A stretch of 64,000 nt of DNA from Mytilus galloprovincialis. Taxonomy: Eukaryota. A program made the translations under genes and the position numbers. Positions 50,279 through 62,796 of this stretch are shown one piece after another (the stretch's first letter is position 1; the number at the start of each line of letters is the position of its first letter). Location: contig NC_134842.1 in assembly GCF_965363235.1 (NCBI RefSeq), positions 34,104,757-34,168,756 on the forward strand, given 5' to 3'. The notes under the pieces were generated by a model, which was not told the DNA's origin, did not search any database, and worked only from the letters and a program-made list of their open reading frames with translations.

Positions 50279-51388
50279 GTATTTAAGCTTAAAAAAGATA
50301 TTAACTGACAATAATTTATTCTAATTTTAAGAAATTAAATACACAAGTATAAAATTTGGAGATAGGGCATGATTGCCATTGATGCAACTATTCTATAAAA
50401 ATTAATAGACTGCTCTTGAGTTTGTCCTTCACAAGAAAAAACTCGCCAATTATGCTCGCCTTTATGGCCTCATTTTCCAGAAAGAGCGGATTGCCTGTAT
50501 CCCTGCACTATTAACAAGCACGTTATTGATTGTCATTGTGTAGGATAAAACTAGAAACAATGTTTGTTCTGTAGGTACTTAATCACAATTCCCTAATGAC
50601 ATCAATTCTGATTAACAATTAGGAGAATTCAATTTGCAGAATAATTTGTGCACTATAGCATTTTCCAACCACTAGCTCAACATGGGAACTGAAATGACAA
50701 TGCCCCTAAATGCACGAATAATGTTCACTGACACCAAAGTTTTTGACGGAAATGCATCAAACTTGTAAGTTGTCGGTTGGACAAGGATGTTAAGAACTAT
50801 ATATGTCACTGTACAGTCTGTAACAATAAGGAATTCCATATCTTTGATAAGCTATAAATTTAAAGGCACCAAGACAACAAAATGTCCAGACAGGGACATT
50901 AAATAATGAAGCAGGGTTAAACATTTAAAGATGTGGGTATGATGCCAATGAAGATGGCAATCCAATGGTACAAAAATAAAATACAAATCAAAAGAAATTT
51001 AACAAAAGCTATCAAAGACATTATAACATTTTTTTGCTGGTAAATGTACATTAATTTGTACCTGTGTTGAAGAATTGAGAAAAGGGTAATTCAAAATTTC
51101 TGTAGTTTTCTTTTTCTAAGGCCTGTATAGACTATTTTCTTGGACATTACCTTTATTTTTTCAAACTATTACAGAAAGGGGAACGAAAAAGGCTTTTGGT
51201 TTCTGGGATATAAGGAGTAAAAAAGTAGGGATGTGGGATATAGTGGGGAAAAAGGTGGTATCTGGGAAAAAGAAGGGGAAAAAAATACATATACATGTAT
51301 ATGAAAAAACTACAAAAAAAAAATCCAGATTTGATAATGAGCTTCCTATGTCATCCACCTTATCACACCTAACACTCATTTTTTGAAG

Positions 51389-51590
51389 ATTGAATCCTTT
51401 GATGGATTTTTCAAAAAGATGTATAAGGTATATGTGGAAGATAAAAGATGTAAAGCTTTCGTCTACTGGTTATTTGTTGTACGACCTTTACTGACCTTGA
51501 CCCATCCAGACACTATAAAGATTGTAATGAAGTCAACTGCACCAAAGTCTAGAAAAGGGGCAGGAATTGCCTTTATGTTACCATGGATTG
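51389..51590 (+). CDS. CYP4 paralog C exon 2
   Basis: Acceptor ttttttgaag|ATTGAATCC. Translation IESFDGFFKKMYKVYVEDKRCKAFVYWLFVVRPLLTLTHPDTIKIVMKSTAPKSRKGAGIAFMLPWIG. Donor G|gtgagt. 202 nt. Matches track ORF 51383..51607. Confidence 0.8.
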
Positions 51591-52465
51591 GTGAGTTATG
51601 CAAATGAGTTCATACAAGGGGCAGATAATTTGTGTATGTGTATACTATGAAGTCATTTATTTTTGTTGGTATAAATTTTTGTGTATTGAGGAAAACTTAT
51701 ATTTTCATGAATATTTGATTTCATGGTTTTTGGTTTTGCCAATCTCTGCATACAACATGTACAAAGCCTATAGAAAATTGTAATTTGTCGAACATTTGAA
51801 TTTTGTTGTTCACCTATACACATGATACATGTACTCATGAAACTGACAACAATTGGTATCCAAGGAATAATAATGAATAAATCTGCAGTACCATTGTTGC
51901 ATTTGCAATAATTTTGTAATAACTGGACAAGGTTCACAAAACAAAGTTCTCTTACACTGTGTCATGGATTGATAAATTCAGTTGGAAAAAAGGCAACCAT
52001 ACCTGATGACATTAATAAACTGTTGATCCCTATAAAATGTCTTCATTTAATGCATGATGTAAGCAACTCTGTAAAAATAAATAGTAGAAAAGATTTAACC
52101 ATTATATAGGCTACAAGACATCTCAACTCTTATCTGTTAAATTTTCAAACTGAAATGAACATCACTCATTTGAATGTCTTTGATACAAAATTTTACATAC
52201 TGTAAATAATGGTAAATTCAGAAATTAATGCAAGGTTTTTTAATTTTATTATTACGATAAATGGGACAGAGTTTTAAACGCATTAATATAAACTCGCATT
52301 TTGAAATATTTTATATGAATTAAACAGGATTTTTCTCAAAATCGTTAAAATTAAACACGCATTTAAGTCTAAAATGACAAAATGGCAATAATAAATGCAC
52401 GCAATAATCTACCGTAACCAAAAGTTTAAAATTAAAAAATATGGTATCCTTATATTTATGGACAG

Positions 52466-52593
52466 GTGAAAGTTTACTGGTAGCAGATGGACCAAAGTGG
52501 GAAAGAAATAGAAGATTGTTAACACCAGCTTTTCATTTCTCCATTTTAAATGGGTACTTCAAAGTCTACAATGATGTGACAGATACATTATTA
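52466..52593 (+). CDS. CYP4 paralog C exon 3
   Basis: Acceptor tatggacag|GTGAAAGT. Translation [42 protein letters not shown]. Donor TTA|gtaagg. 128 nt. Confidence 0.82.
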
Positions 52594-52935
52594 GTAAGGA
52601 ATATTTCATATAACTTTATTATGTTAAATTTGTAAGTCAACATAAAAAAAACATTGAGTTTCTAAATCTGATGGCTGAAAAGTTTACTTTCTTTAGCTAG
52701 GGGAGCAAATGAACATGACAAATATTTGAAACTGACCTTTGAACACAAATTTTCTCAGTATAAAACACATCTGCCTCAAATTTAACTTATGATCTAAAGA
52801 GGAGACTAGGGTTTTATATCATGAAAATATTTATTTTTGAAAACTATAATATTATGTACATAATTGTCTTTAGATAAACATCAAAAGGTAAAATAATCAA
52901 CTATGTAAGGTCTAATATTCTATTTTCTTTAACAG

Positions 52936-53060
52936 GTAAAGTTTGCAGAGGGAAGTAAGAATGGAAAATATGTGGAGGTGTTTCAATATTCAGGACTGGC
53001 TACATTAGATATCTTGTTACAGTGTGCTCTGTCATACAAAGGAAATATACAAGATGTAGG
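52936..53060 (+). CDS. CYP4 paralog C exon 4
   Basis: Acceptor tctttaacag|GTAAAGTT. Translation VKFAEGSKNGKYVEVFQYSGLATLDILLQCALSYKGNIQDVG. Donor GG|gtaaga. 125 nt. Confidence 0.78.
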
Positions 53061-53235
53061 GTAAGAAATTATGTCAAAGAAATTAGTAAGATTCATCTTT
53101 AATTTGAAAGCATTTATAGGAAGTTATGTATTATTAGATTAAAAAGATAACAAATATGTGATATACAGGTACTAATGATTCCTATTTGTACATACATTTT
53201 GTATACTTTGTTAAAATTACATTTAATCTTTACAG

Positions 53236-53298
53236 TGAGAGCCATCCATATGTTAAAGCAGTTAAAAGAATGATTGAGCTTATGCTACATAGATGTCT
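53236..53298 (+). CDS. CYP4 paralog C exon 5
   Basis: Acceptor tctttacag|TGAGAGCC. Translation ESHPYVKAVKRMIELMLHRCL. Donor CT|gtaagt. 63 nt. Confidence 0.72.
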
Positions 53299-53633
53299 GT
53301 AAGTTATGAAAAATATTCTGAACTAAAGTTATTTAGAATAGCTTGAAGCCTTTTAAAAATTGTTATTTGAATAAAAGAAGTTTTGATTCATGCTTGCATA
53401 CTTTTCTTTCATCATGGTGTAAGAACATGTATGTGCAGTTTATGTTTGATTCCTCATTTGCTGCTTTTGAGAATCCCTGAAGACAAAATATGAGGACGAT
53501 GTTCAGTCGCTTCAACACATTCAGTACGCTTAGTACCAATTGCAAATTGAATATAAAACTCATTTGTGCAAATAAATGTTAAAGGTTAAAGGTAAGGATC
53601 ATGATTTGACTCACTTGAAACAAAATCATTCAT

Positions 53634-56063
53634 ATGTGGCGTAATCAATTCCATCTAAGATTTGATGGTCAGTTCTTAATCAGTTTAATGATCTTTCATC
53701 TTGTTTAATGTGACACTTTATACGATACATTAGTTGCACAGTTGAACTGCAATAGCATTTACAAGTTTATCCAAATAATCTAAGACCATTAATCAATGCC
53801 TTACATAAATTAAGAACATGTTTATAGCTCGATCTTGTAAGAAACTTTATGTATTGGTCAGAGATATTAGAGTAGTAGCTTGAAGTAACATGTTGTTTTA
53901 TATAGCTGGAATTTAGTAACGTTTTGTATTGGAAGTTATAATTGTGAACCTTCAAATATATTATATATATACATGTACTTTTATAAGATTAAACATGTGA
54001 ACATTAAGGAGACTTAGTTCAATTCTAACAGTGACTTTATGGTGGCATATATACAATAGCTAGTTCCCTATGTTAACGGGCAACATGGATTACGATCCCG
54101 GATACGTAGATCCGAAATAATGACATAGTTCTAAAACACACACAAGAAAGCCCCGTGATATCTGGTGGAGGTACCCGTGGTTAACTATATCAGTTACCGG
54201 AGTTATGATGTCTGCGAAATCTGGACGAATTAGCAAAGGCATGGCGTCTTTGGAAAGCATAAACATTTTTTGGATTTATTCAATTGAAACTAGCAGTGCT
54301 GTTATGATCAAATTAGACGAGAGATAGAAATAGGATAACTTTGTATATGGCATAATGTAATTAAGTGACTTGCTGTAAATATTTGTGAACTTTTGTGTCA
54401 GCCTTTTTGTTTCTTTGTTTTTTTGGATACACTTTTTACCAAACATGAATGTTAACGTTTATACGCGAGAGTATTCAGTATTATATTGATGAACATTGGA
54501 GAAGACGCTGGAGAACAATTTCGATGACTAGAAACCTGAGATGACTCTGAGTTGTGTGTTGGTGACAATGTATATATGTAAATACCAGTATGGACTGGCG
54601 AATCTGTCGATCCATAACCAGCAACCTATCTGCAGAGACCGTGAGAAATGAAGGAAAATGGCACCCCTGTTGAAAGATTAGAAGAAGTGGTTCCGCAAGT
54701 TCAAACCGAAGAAGTCATGCATGTGGACAATATTTTCATTTTTGTAAATAACTTTAGTTTTCATAAATGTTTTTATCCATTCAGAATGTTTTATGCCTAG
54801 GTTTAGTTTTTTATTGTATATTTTTTTTGCATTTTATTTTGTATTACACATGTTTGATTAAGCTAATTTTTAATCTCTTGTTATTACGAGAGTGGGCGTA
54901 TTGGGTGTAGTTAAGTTAACCGAGAAGGGTTGCTTATACTAGTTGGAGGTTCATGGGAGTGTCCATGTGAAGATGATTTACAGTGTTGGTAGTTCTATGG
55001 TGATATGGTCACATAGAAGTGAAAATTGCAGCTAATTAGTGCTGATTTTCTGAATTGGATTGCCCAGAAATAATGATTAGTTGATTTTAATTGATGCTTT
55101 TAATTATTTTATCATTTCGTTTACGCTTGGATTAACGGTCAAAATTCCGGAAAGACCTTACCATAATGTATTTGAATAGATTTATAATTGTCAAACTTGT
55201 GTGTATTATATTTTTTATGATTTTTGTTTAGTGCCTCTTTTGTAGTTATAAATATCAAGAGTTTGAAGTTGAAAGGATAATTGTAAATTTAGATTTTAAG
55301 TAATCTTTTTGCAAGTTTTCCACAACTATTCACTACGTAAATTGATAAATTACATGGTATAGCAATTATCATTATTTTTTTATTATTATTAGTTTAGATT
55401 TTTTTAAGTAGTTTTAGTAAAAGAAAATTTTTATTTTTTAATGTTCACATTGCCTCCCCCTATTTTTTACTTATATAATATTTTTGGTATGATTTTTTTT
55501 AATTCGAGTGAAAACTAATTTTGTTTAGCGGGGAGTGATGTGGCGTAATCAATTCCATCTAAGATTTGATAGTCAGTTCTTAATCAGTTTAATGATCTTT
55601 CATCTTGTTTAATGTGACACTTTATACGATACATTAGTTGCACAGTTGAACTGCAATAGCATTTACAAGTTTATCCAAATAATCTAAGACCATTAATCAA
55701 TGCCTTACATAAATTAAGAACATGTTTATAGCTCGATCTTGTGAGAAACTTTATGTATTGGTCAGAGATATTAGAGTAGTAGCTTGAAGTAACATGTTGT
55801 TTTATATAGCTGGAATTTAGTAACTTTTGTATTGGAAGTTATAATTGTGAACCTTCAAATATATTATATATATACATGTACTTTTATAAGATTAAACATG
55901 TGAACATTAAGGAGACTTAGTTCAATTCTAACAGTGACTTTATGGTGGCATATATACAATAGCTAGTTCCCTATGTTAACGGGCAACATGGATTACGATC
56001 CCGGATACGTAGATCCGAAATAATGACATAGTTCTAAAACACACACAAGAAAGCCCCGTGATA
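53634..56063 (+). mobile_element. LTR-retrotransposon-like non-autonomous element of about 2.4 kb in intron 5 of paralog C. About 527-bp direct LTRs (53634-54160 and 55539-56063). PBS-like TGGTGGAGGTACCCGTGG 2 nt after the 5' LTR. Polypurine tract AGCGGGGAGTGA abutting the 3' LTR. No long internal ORF.
   Basis: Two near-identical 527-bp direct repeats, each starting ATGTGGCGTAATCAATTCC and ending AAGAAAGCCCCGTGATA. PPT and PBS are positioned as in LTR elements. Confidence 0.65.
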
Positions 56064-56351
56064 CATATTTGTTGGGTGAGAAAGGAAAGTTAATAATTGG
56101 GTGCCCAAAAAGTAACAACTTTCATTTGGAATAATTCATTGCACTGTATTGGCACCAACATTTACTTTGTTTGTCCATACATGTACTGAAATTAATCATT
56201 AGAATGGATGCCACTTGATTTCAATACAATATTATAGCCATTCATGCAGTATCTTACAACATAACACATGCTTAATTTGAATTATTTTGGCTTTGATATA
56301 TTGATTTCAAACTTTTATATGTAACTGACAAGTAATGCCTTTATTTTGTAG

Positions 56352-56475
56352 AAACATTAATTTGTATCCAGAATTTCTATTCAAGCTATCACCTAGTGGT
56401 AAAGAATTTTTCAAGCTCTGTGATTATGTTCATGAGTTTTCAGAAGATATTATTTTGAAGAGAAAAGATGATTTG
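56352..56475 (+). CDS. CYP4 paralog C exon 6, one codon shorter than in A and B
   Basis: Acceptor ttattttgtag|AAACATT. Translation NINLYPEFLFKLSPSGKEFFKLCDYVHEFSEDIILKRKDDL. Donor TTG|gtatga. 124 nt. Confidence 0.78.
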
Positions 56476-57442
56476 GTATGATATATTATATCAATTATAA
56501 ACCGTTTTCACTAGAATTTTATTCAAATGGTGTGAAATAATACCTTTATATCCTTTATTAAGGATGTTCGCTGCTCAGTTTCAAAATAAATAACTTTTTA
56601 TAAAGCTAGTATGTATTGATAGGGAATAAATTGAGAAATCAAAAAAGCCAAAAAAATATTGGGGTCAATGTGCTTGTTTTCGAGATATTAGCCATTAGAA
56701 TTTTGGCGGGAAGATGTTCTCTCTTGATTTTTCATAGCTTTATCATTGACCAGTTAAAGTTCTCAAATACTATTAAAAAATAAATAAAATTTTATAAGAC
56801 TTTTACAAATGACTTGTAATTATACATGTAAAAGATTTACAAAAAGAAAAATGGGGGTTCATTGGGAATTTTTTTTAATGCATTCAAATGGATAAAACCA
56901 GAGGATTCCGAAATTATGACAAAAATTCCAAAACATGACCAGCAGACATCCTTAAAACAGTTTTAAGATGTTGATACTATTGTTTTGAAAATCAAATATA
57001 GATGATACTTTGAAACCTTATTTGTATATCCAAGATTGCATACATTCATCACATATTCTGTATCTAAGCCCTATTTGTAATACCTCTGGAATGATCATGC
57101 CTTAATCGATATACAACATATATGATATAGTGAACAATAAATGATACTATGTCATTCATAAGGTACCCATTTATAAATATACTGGTATCAGACAATCTGC
57201 AGATCAAATTTTGTTATGTAAAATGGAGAATATTCATAGTATTTTTATTTGTTCTTGTATGTGACAGTTAATATGGGTAAATCAATTTGTGCTACATTTT
57301 GTCATGTTTTTTATAAATCAAAATTAAACAAACAAAAAAATAAAAACAAAGCTTATACCTGAAATGAAAATCCCATTGGTTGAGTATTTCATTTTTTTTT
57401 TCTTTAATTATTTCACCTTATTATAACTTAATACTTTTATAG

Positions 57443-57575
57443 AAGGACGGTTCCGAAACAAAGAAGAAAAGACAGTTGGATTTTCTGGATATTTTGTTAA
57501 CAGCGAGAGATGAATCTGGTAAAGGATTAACTAATGAAGAGATTAGATCTGAGGTGGATACATTTATGTTTGCTG
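57443..57575 (+). CDS. CYP4 paralog C exon 7 (I-helix first half, EVDTFMFAG)
   Basis: Acceptor acttttatag|AAGGACGG. Translation [45 protein letters not shown]. Donor G|gtaaag. 133 nt. Confidence 0.82.
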
Positions 57576-58313
57576 GTAAAGTATTATGTTTAGAATTATA
57601 GATATAAGAAGATGTGGTATGAGTGTCAATAAGACAACTCTCAATCTAATTTGCAATTTGTAAAAGTAAACCATTATAGGTTAAAGTACGGTTTTCAACA
57701 CAGAGCCTTGGCTCACACAGAACAGCAAGCTATACATTTACTTGATTGAATATCCAGCATTTTATATGTTAGTCGATGTATTCCAATCGTGTATCAGATG
57801 TTTTGAATTCTGTATGTCCTAAGTCTACAAACTTAAATGTAAAGAAATCAAGAGTCCTGATCCTAAATGACCCCTGAAAATAGTTCTTTTAAACACCTGA
57901 GTTCTAACCTTTGATTTTCACAGCATGACCTTTGAGTTGTTAGTTCCATAAGTCCTGAACCTTTTTGATTTAGGATTAATTTTGAACCTCTGCTGTATGC
58001 ATTTTATCTATGTATCAAAATTCAATGAACTTATGTAATGTAAACCTTTTTTAGTAGTTTCATGTTATTTTAAGAAAGATATTGTATGTTAACTTAATAC
58101 TGTTTATAAAGTTAAAATGATAATAAAAGTTGATGAAACAGAATCAGATTAATGAATAATATCTACAGTTTTAAACCTATTAAGTCAGATTCTTCCATTA
58201 TTCATCTAGTATGTGCTCAGCTCTTGATGGTTATTTTTGAATAGCTCCGTCTATTTGTTAACATCTAATTTTTACACTCATGAAATGATGATTTGTCTCG
58301 TCATGAAATAAAG

Positions 58314-58437
58314 GTCACGACACAACATCCAGTGTATTGAGCTGGAGTATATACAGTTTAGGCAAACACAAAGATATACAGGACAAAGTTTATGAAGAGG
58401 TCAGAGGGGTCATTGGGGATAAACAGTATGTTGATTG
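58314..58437 (+). CDS. CYP4 paralog C exon 8 (GHDTTS). The acceptor has a weak polypyrimidine tract.
   Basis: Acceptor gaaataaag|GTCACGAC. Translation (G)HDTTSSVLSWSIYSLGKHKDIQDKVYEEVRGVIGDKQYVD(C). Donor TG|gtaagt. 124 nt. Confidence 0.75.
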
Positions 58438-59046
58438 GTAAGTAAAAGGCTTAATTAATTGATAATGATGATGGATGTTTGCTTAACATCCAGCGGAAAA
58501 TTGATATGCATATTCATGACGAGAACATGTTAATGTAATATAAATATTAACCCTGTTTTTAAGTAGACCAACATGCTAGCTCACAAGGTAACAGTCTGTA
58601 GGAAGACTACATTTTTATGCCCCATTTATTATGCCCCATTTATGGGCATTATGTTTTCTGGTCTGTGCGTCCGTTCGTCCGTTCGTTCGTTCGTTCGTCC
58701 GTTCGTTCGTTCGTCCGTCTGTCCCGCTTCAGGTTAAAGTTTTTGGTCGAGGTAGTTTTTGATGAAGTTGAAGTCTAATCAACTTGAAACTTAGTACATA
58801 TGTTCTGTATGATATGATCTTTCTAATTTTAATTCCAAATTAGAGATTTAACCCCATTTTCACGGTCCACTGAACATAGAAAATGATAGTGCGGATGGGG
58901 CATCCGTGTACTGGGGACACATTCTTGTTATTGTATGTCTTGTCACCTTACCAGAACACAATATTTTGACTCAGATGCTGACTAGCCTTTGCTCTTACTC
59001 CTTAATGCCACGTGATAATAATAGAAGCAGCAAATACCAATTTAAA

Positions 59047-59078
59047 AATCTTTGGTTTGACCCGGCCAGGATTTGAAC
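59047..59078 (-). other. tRNA-derived fragment (T-arm and 3' acceptor: GGGTTCAAATCCTGGCCGGGTCA). Probably a SINE-head remnant, not a functional tRNA.
   Basis: The reverse complement reads ...CATGGGTTCAAATCCTGGCCGGGTCAAACC. The anticodon arm is missing. Confidence 0.35.
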
Positions 59079-59329
59079 CCATGACCTCCTGCACTCACCT
59101 ACAGTCAAGGCGAATTGAAGTATAACCTTTCTGAATATATTGATACTTATGGTTTGGAATAAAATAATGATAAGCTGTTTCCTTTGTATTTAAACCTTTC
59201 TATAATTTTATGAAAGAAGCTTGTGGTATGCCACATTTGTTAATGTAATGGCTAATAAATTTGTTTTGTAAACACTATTATGAAGTGTTTACAAATGTTA
59301 ATTATACCCCTGCTTTGAAAAAAGGGGGG

Positions 59330-59760
59330 TATACTGTTTTACCTCTGTATGTCCGTCAGTCCGTCCGTCAGTCCATCAGTCCATCCCTTCCATGAATATT
59401 TTTCGTTTCATTTTTGTCAGGAAATACAAGGATTTCTGAAATGTGGTTCCAGGGTTTATATAAGTCTGCTATACCATTTGATGGGTTATCAGATTCATCA
59501 CTCGACAACTTCCTGTTTACCGAACACTTGTATTATTTAACACATGATAACCAAGTTGAAAATTTTCGTCATGTTTTTCTTAGGAACTACAATAAAAGGA
59601 TTGCTGAAATTTGGTTTCAGGATTTATGCAAATCAGCTATACCGTGTGATGCGTTTTCAGATTTAACACTCAACAACTTCCTGTATACCAAACACTTGCA
59701 TATTTTTAAAATATTAAAATTATCCACTTGCCGCGGGGGTATCATCAGTGAGCAGTAGCT
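59330..59760. repeat. About 180-bp tandem repeat x2 preceded by a (GTCCGTCA)n microsatellite. Produces the internally repetitive track ORF 59414..59758.
   Basis: ATTTCTGAAATGTGGTTCCAGGGTTTATATAAGTCTGCTATACCATTTGATGG... repeated as ATTGCTGAAATTTGGTTTCAGGATTTATGCAAATCAGCTATACCGTGTGATGC... Confidence 0.6.
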
Positions 59761-61669
59761 TGCAGTTTCACTTGTTTAGAAAATAAGAGGATGTAGTTTT
59801 CTATTATCAGAAACTTATTTATCCATTTAGATATAAAAACCAAAAGAAAAGAAAGCCCTGAGAGAATAGAATGAACTCTTTAAACAGAGTTAAATAGTTA
59901 GATGCCTAGACAAGGTTAAGAAATGTGGATATTAACTAAACAGCCTAGTTCTTTGCCTCCAGTGTTCTCCCCAGGCCGACGCTATATTTTTTCACCGTGA
60001 TGCTTTAATAATTCCCGCGACGCTATAATTATTTTGAAGATGCTATTTTACTTGTCCTCAATTTTGAACTTTCATCTATTATCGATTATGATCATAAAAA
60101 TTATATCACCTTTAATTGTAATCCCTTTAAGTCGGACACTAAAGGCAATTAAGAGATTAAATAGCTAGTTGTTAATTGCCCTCAGGGTGATAACTGTTTG
60201 GATGCGAATATCCCAAGCTGACACTTGTGACATGACTAATACCACGTGTCTGCAATCACCAATTTCGACATGGAAAAATGCAATCACAAAACAATTCGAA
60301 ATCTATGTTTTGTATTACGAAATTTCAAAGATTGAAACGTTTTTTTCTTTTTAAAAGATCCTTTATTTGTGCAACTCTCCAAAAATTACTTTTTTTCTCT
60401 TCCGGTAATACGAGAGCAAGAATTTTGGTTTAGAGCTAAAATAAGTCTAATACTTCTTTAAAAAGTTATAATAATTGGCTTAAGTTTATGTTTAATCCAT
60501 TTAATGCATTAAAAGCGTCTTATTCATTCACAATCTCTTGTCAAACAATGTTTATTCTCGGACTCATTTTCGCAAATTTTTCTACGGCCGCCATTGCACA
60601 TTTTTGTGTAAACTGCGGATAGGAACCGGACCAGAATGACAAAAATCCGCATTTTCACGATAATGACAACAGATGGACAGTAGACAGAAAAAATGTTCCA
60701 AGAGAGAAAACTACGCATTAACAGACTATTTGTTAGATAACTTTGTTAAAAATACATATCATTTTGATGTAAAGATAAGAAACAACTGGGACTAATTCAT
60801 TGAGTGCCATGAAACAATGAATTTAATAAACATGATAAAAGAAGTTTTTAAATTGATTTTTTTTTGCTACTTTTGCTACTTTATCTTTACTTAATATAAT
60901 ATAAAAAATAGTTAATTTTGTGTACTAGATATTGAGTTTTGTATATATACAGGTTGCACTATAATGAACCATTCATTCATTTGACTTATTGTTGGGTAAC
61001 TGAAACCACATATTTATTTTTGTTTGGCACAAAAGGAAAAAAACAATTCTGTAACTATAAATGAATAAAGAAAACATCAACTGAAACAACTGTTTTTGTG
61101 GTTATAGTTTAATTGTATTCTCAGTTATGAATTGAACAATATAAACTAAAACATATAAAGGAAATAGAGCATCAACGCGACGCGACAAATGACATTAAAA
61201 AAAATACAGTTATTTTTTTTTACGCAAAATGTGATGCTATCCAAAATTTCTGGGGAGAACACTGGCCTCTATCCTAGTTGACTTAATATTTGCCTGAGTC
61301 TAAAAATGATTCATTGTAGATATCTTTCGAAGCCGAACTTAAAAGAAATCATACAGTATTTAAACAACTACTAAAAATAATAACATCTGCTAAAAAAGGA
61401 TATGAATTTGATCGTTGTCCATTAAAATACATCATAATGAGCAATACTGGTTTAATTATGTGCAAAATCTAGTTTTCTCCACTTGATTGTTTGAGGTAAG
61501 CTCCTTTTTGGTCAAATTTCATATAATTAGAAATGTTATCATGTCCCATCAGTTACAATATATTGAAAGTTGACTGTGTACATATCATTCAACAAAAAAT
61601 GTCATATTTTTTTCATCTTATATTCATCATGTTTGATTTTTTTTAAATCTTTCAAATATTTTATTTCAG

Positions 61670-61865
61670 TGAAGACATATCTAAAATGAAATATTTGAGT
61701 TGTTTCCTCAAGGAGGTAATGAGACATCATACACCAGTACCTGTTATCAGTAGAATGCTAGATGAGCCATGTGTTATTGAAGGTGTAGAGATACCTAAAG
61801 GAAGTTTTATAGATATGGCTATCTATCATGCTCATCACCATCCTGATGTATGGGAGGACCCATGG
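61670..61865 (+). CDS. CYP4 paralog C exon 9 (K-helix)
   Basis: Acceptor ttttatttcag|TGAAGACA. Translation EDISKMKYLSCFLKEVMRHHTPVPVISRMLDEPCVIEGVEIPKGSFIDMAIYHAHHHPDVWEDPW. Donor TGG|gtaagt. 196 nt. Overlaps track ORF 61686..61976. Confidence 0.85.
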
Positions 61866-62713
61866 GTAAGTCTACAAATTAGGTGCTTCGAAGGTGTTTC
61901 CCAATGTCAAATCAAGGTCAAAAACAATTTTTTTTTTAGAATTACTTCTGAAAGGAGGGTAAAAATTGTGTATTGACAGGGTTGACAAATCCAGCTATTT
62001 TTTCCTGTCAATGGAATCCACACTCATAGACTTAAATAAGATGTACTACTAGGGGTTCATTATTACTCGTTGGAAAAACAATGTTTATGGATCTCATGGG
62101 TACAGGTGAACCAAGAAATTAACTGTTCAATGACTAACAATGTTTTTATAGGTTTGAATGCAGACTTTGGGAAAACAAGAAATAAACTATTCATGAAAAT
62201 GTTTCCTTTCCTAAGTACACTAAAATTGGTAACAACGAAAATAGTGAATCCACAGTATAAGGGACAGGTTTAGAATGTAATATGTTCAATATGAAAAATC
62301 AGCTGTTGTTAATTGGATATAAGATTTAACAAGAGATATTTCATTAGATTGAATACAAATCCTATTATGTTTAAAAGATATAGGAAGATGTGGTATGAGT
62401 GTCAATGAGACAACTCTTCATCCAAGTAACAATTTAAAGTAAAGTTATACAATTTTCTAGCTAAGATACATTATACATTACCAAATATCCAGAAACTTTA
62501 TGACATATTATTTAATATCAGATATAAAATTTGACAAGAGCATGTTTATGTGTCATTCTTTTTTTTACAGTTGTTAAACAAGCAATCCATGAATATAATT
62601 TGAAATTGTATAATTAAATGAAGCACCTTTTCACATTCTTTAGTCCTTTCAAACTTTTCTTATCTATAAAGCAAATACTGATAAGTTAGAATACTATTTG
62701 TTTTCAATTCTAG

Positions 62714-62796
62714 GAGTTTAAACCAGAGAGATTTGAGGGAGACAAACATCATGATATGGATCCATATAGTTTAACTCCATTTTCAGCTGGACCAAG
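62714..62796 (+). CDS. CYP4 paralog C exon 10 (PERF)
   Basis: Acceptor caattctag|GAGTTTAAACC. Translation EFKPERFEGDKHHDMDPYSLTPFSAGPR. Donor AAG|gtaaat. 83 nt. Confidence 0.85.

Noticed and set aside
59414-59758. 114-aa track ORF with two about 60-aa internal repeats
   Set aside because: It is generated by a 2x180-bp tandem DNA repeat inside an intron. It has no splice context or known motif and is probably non-coding.
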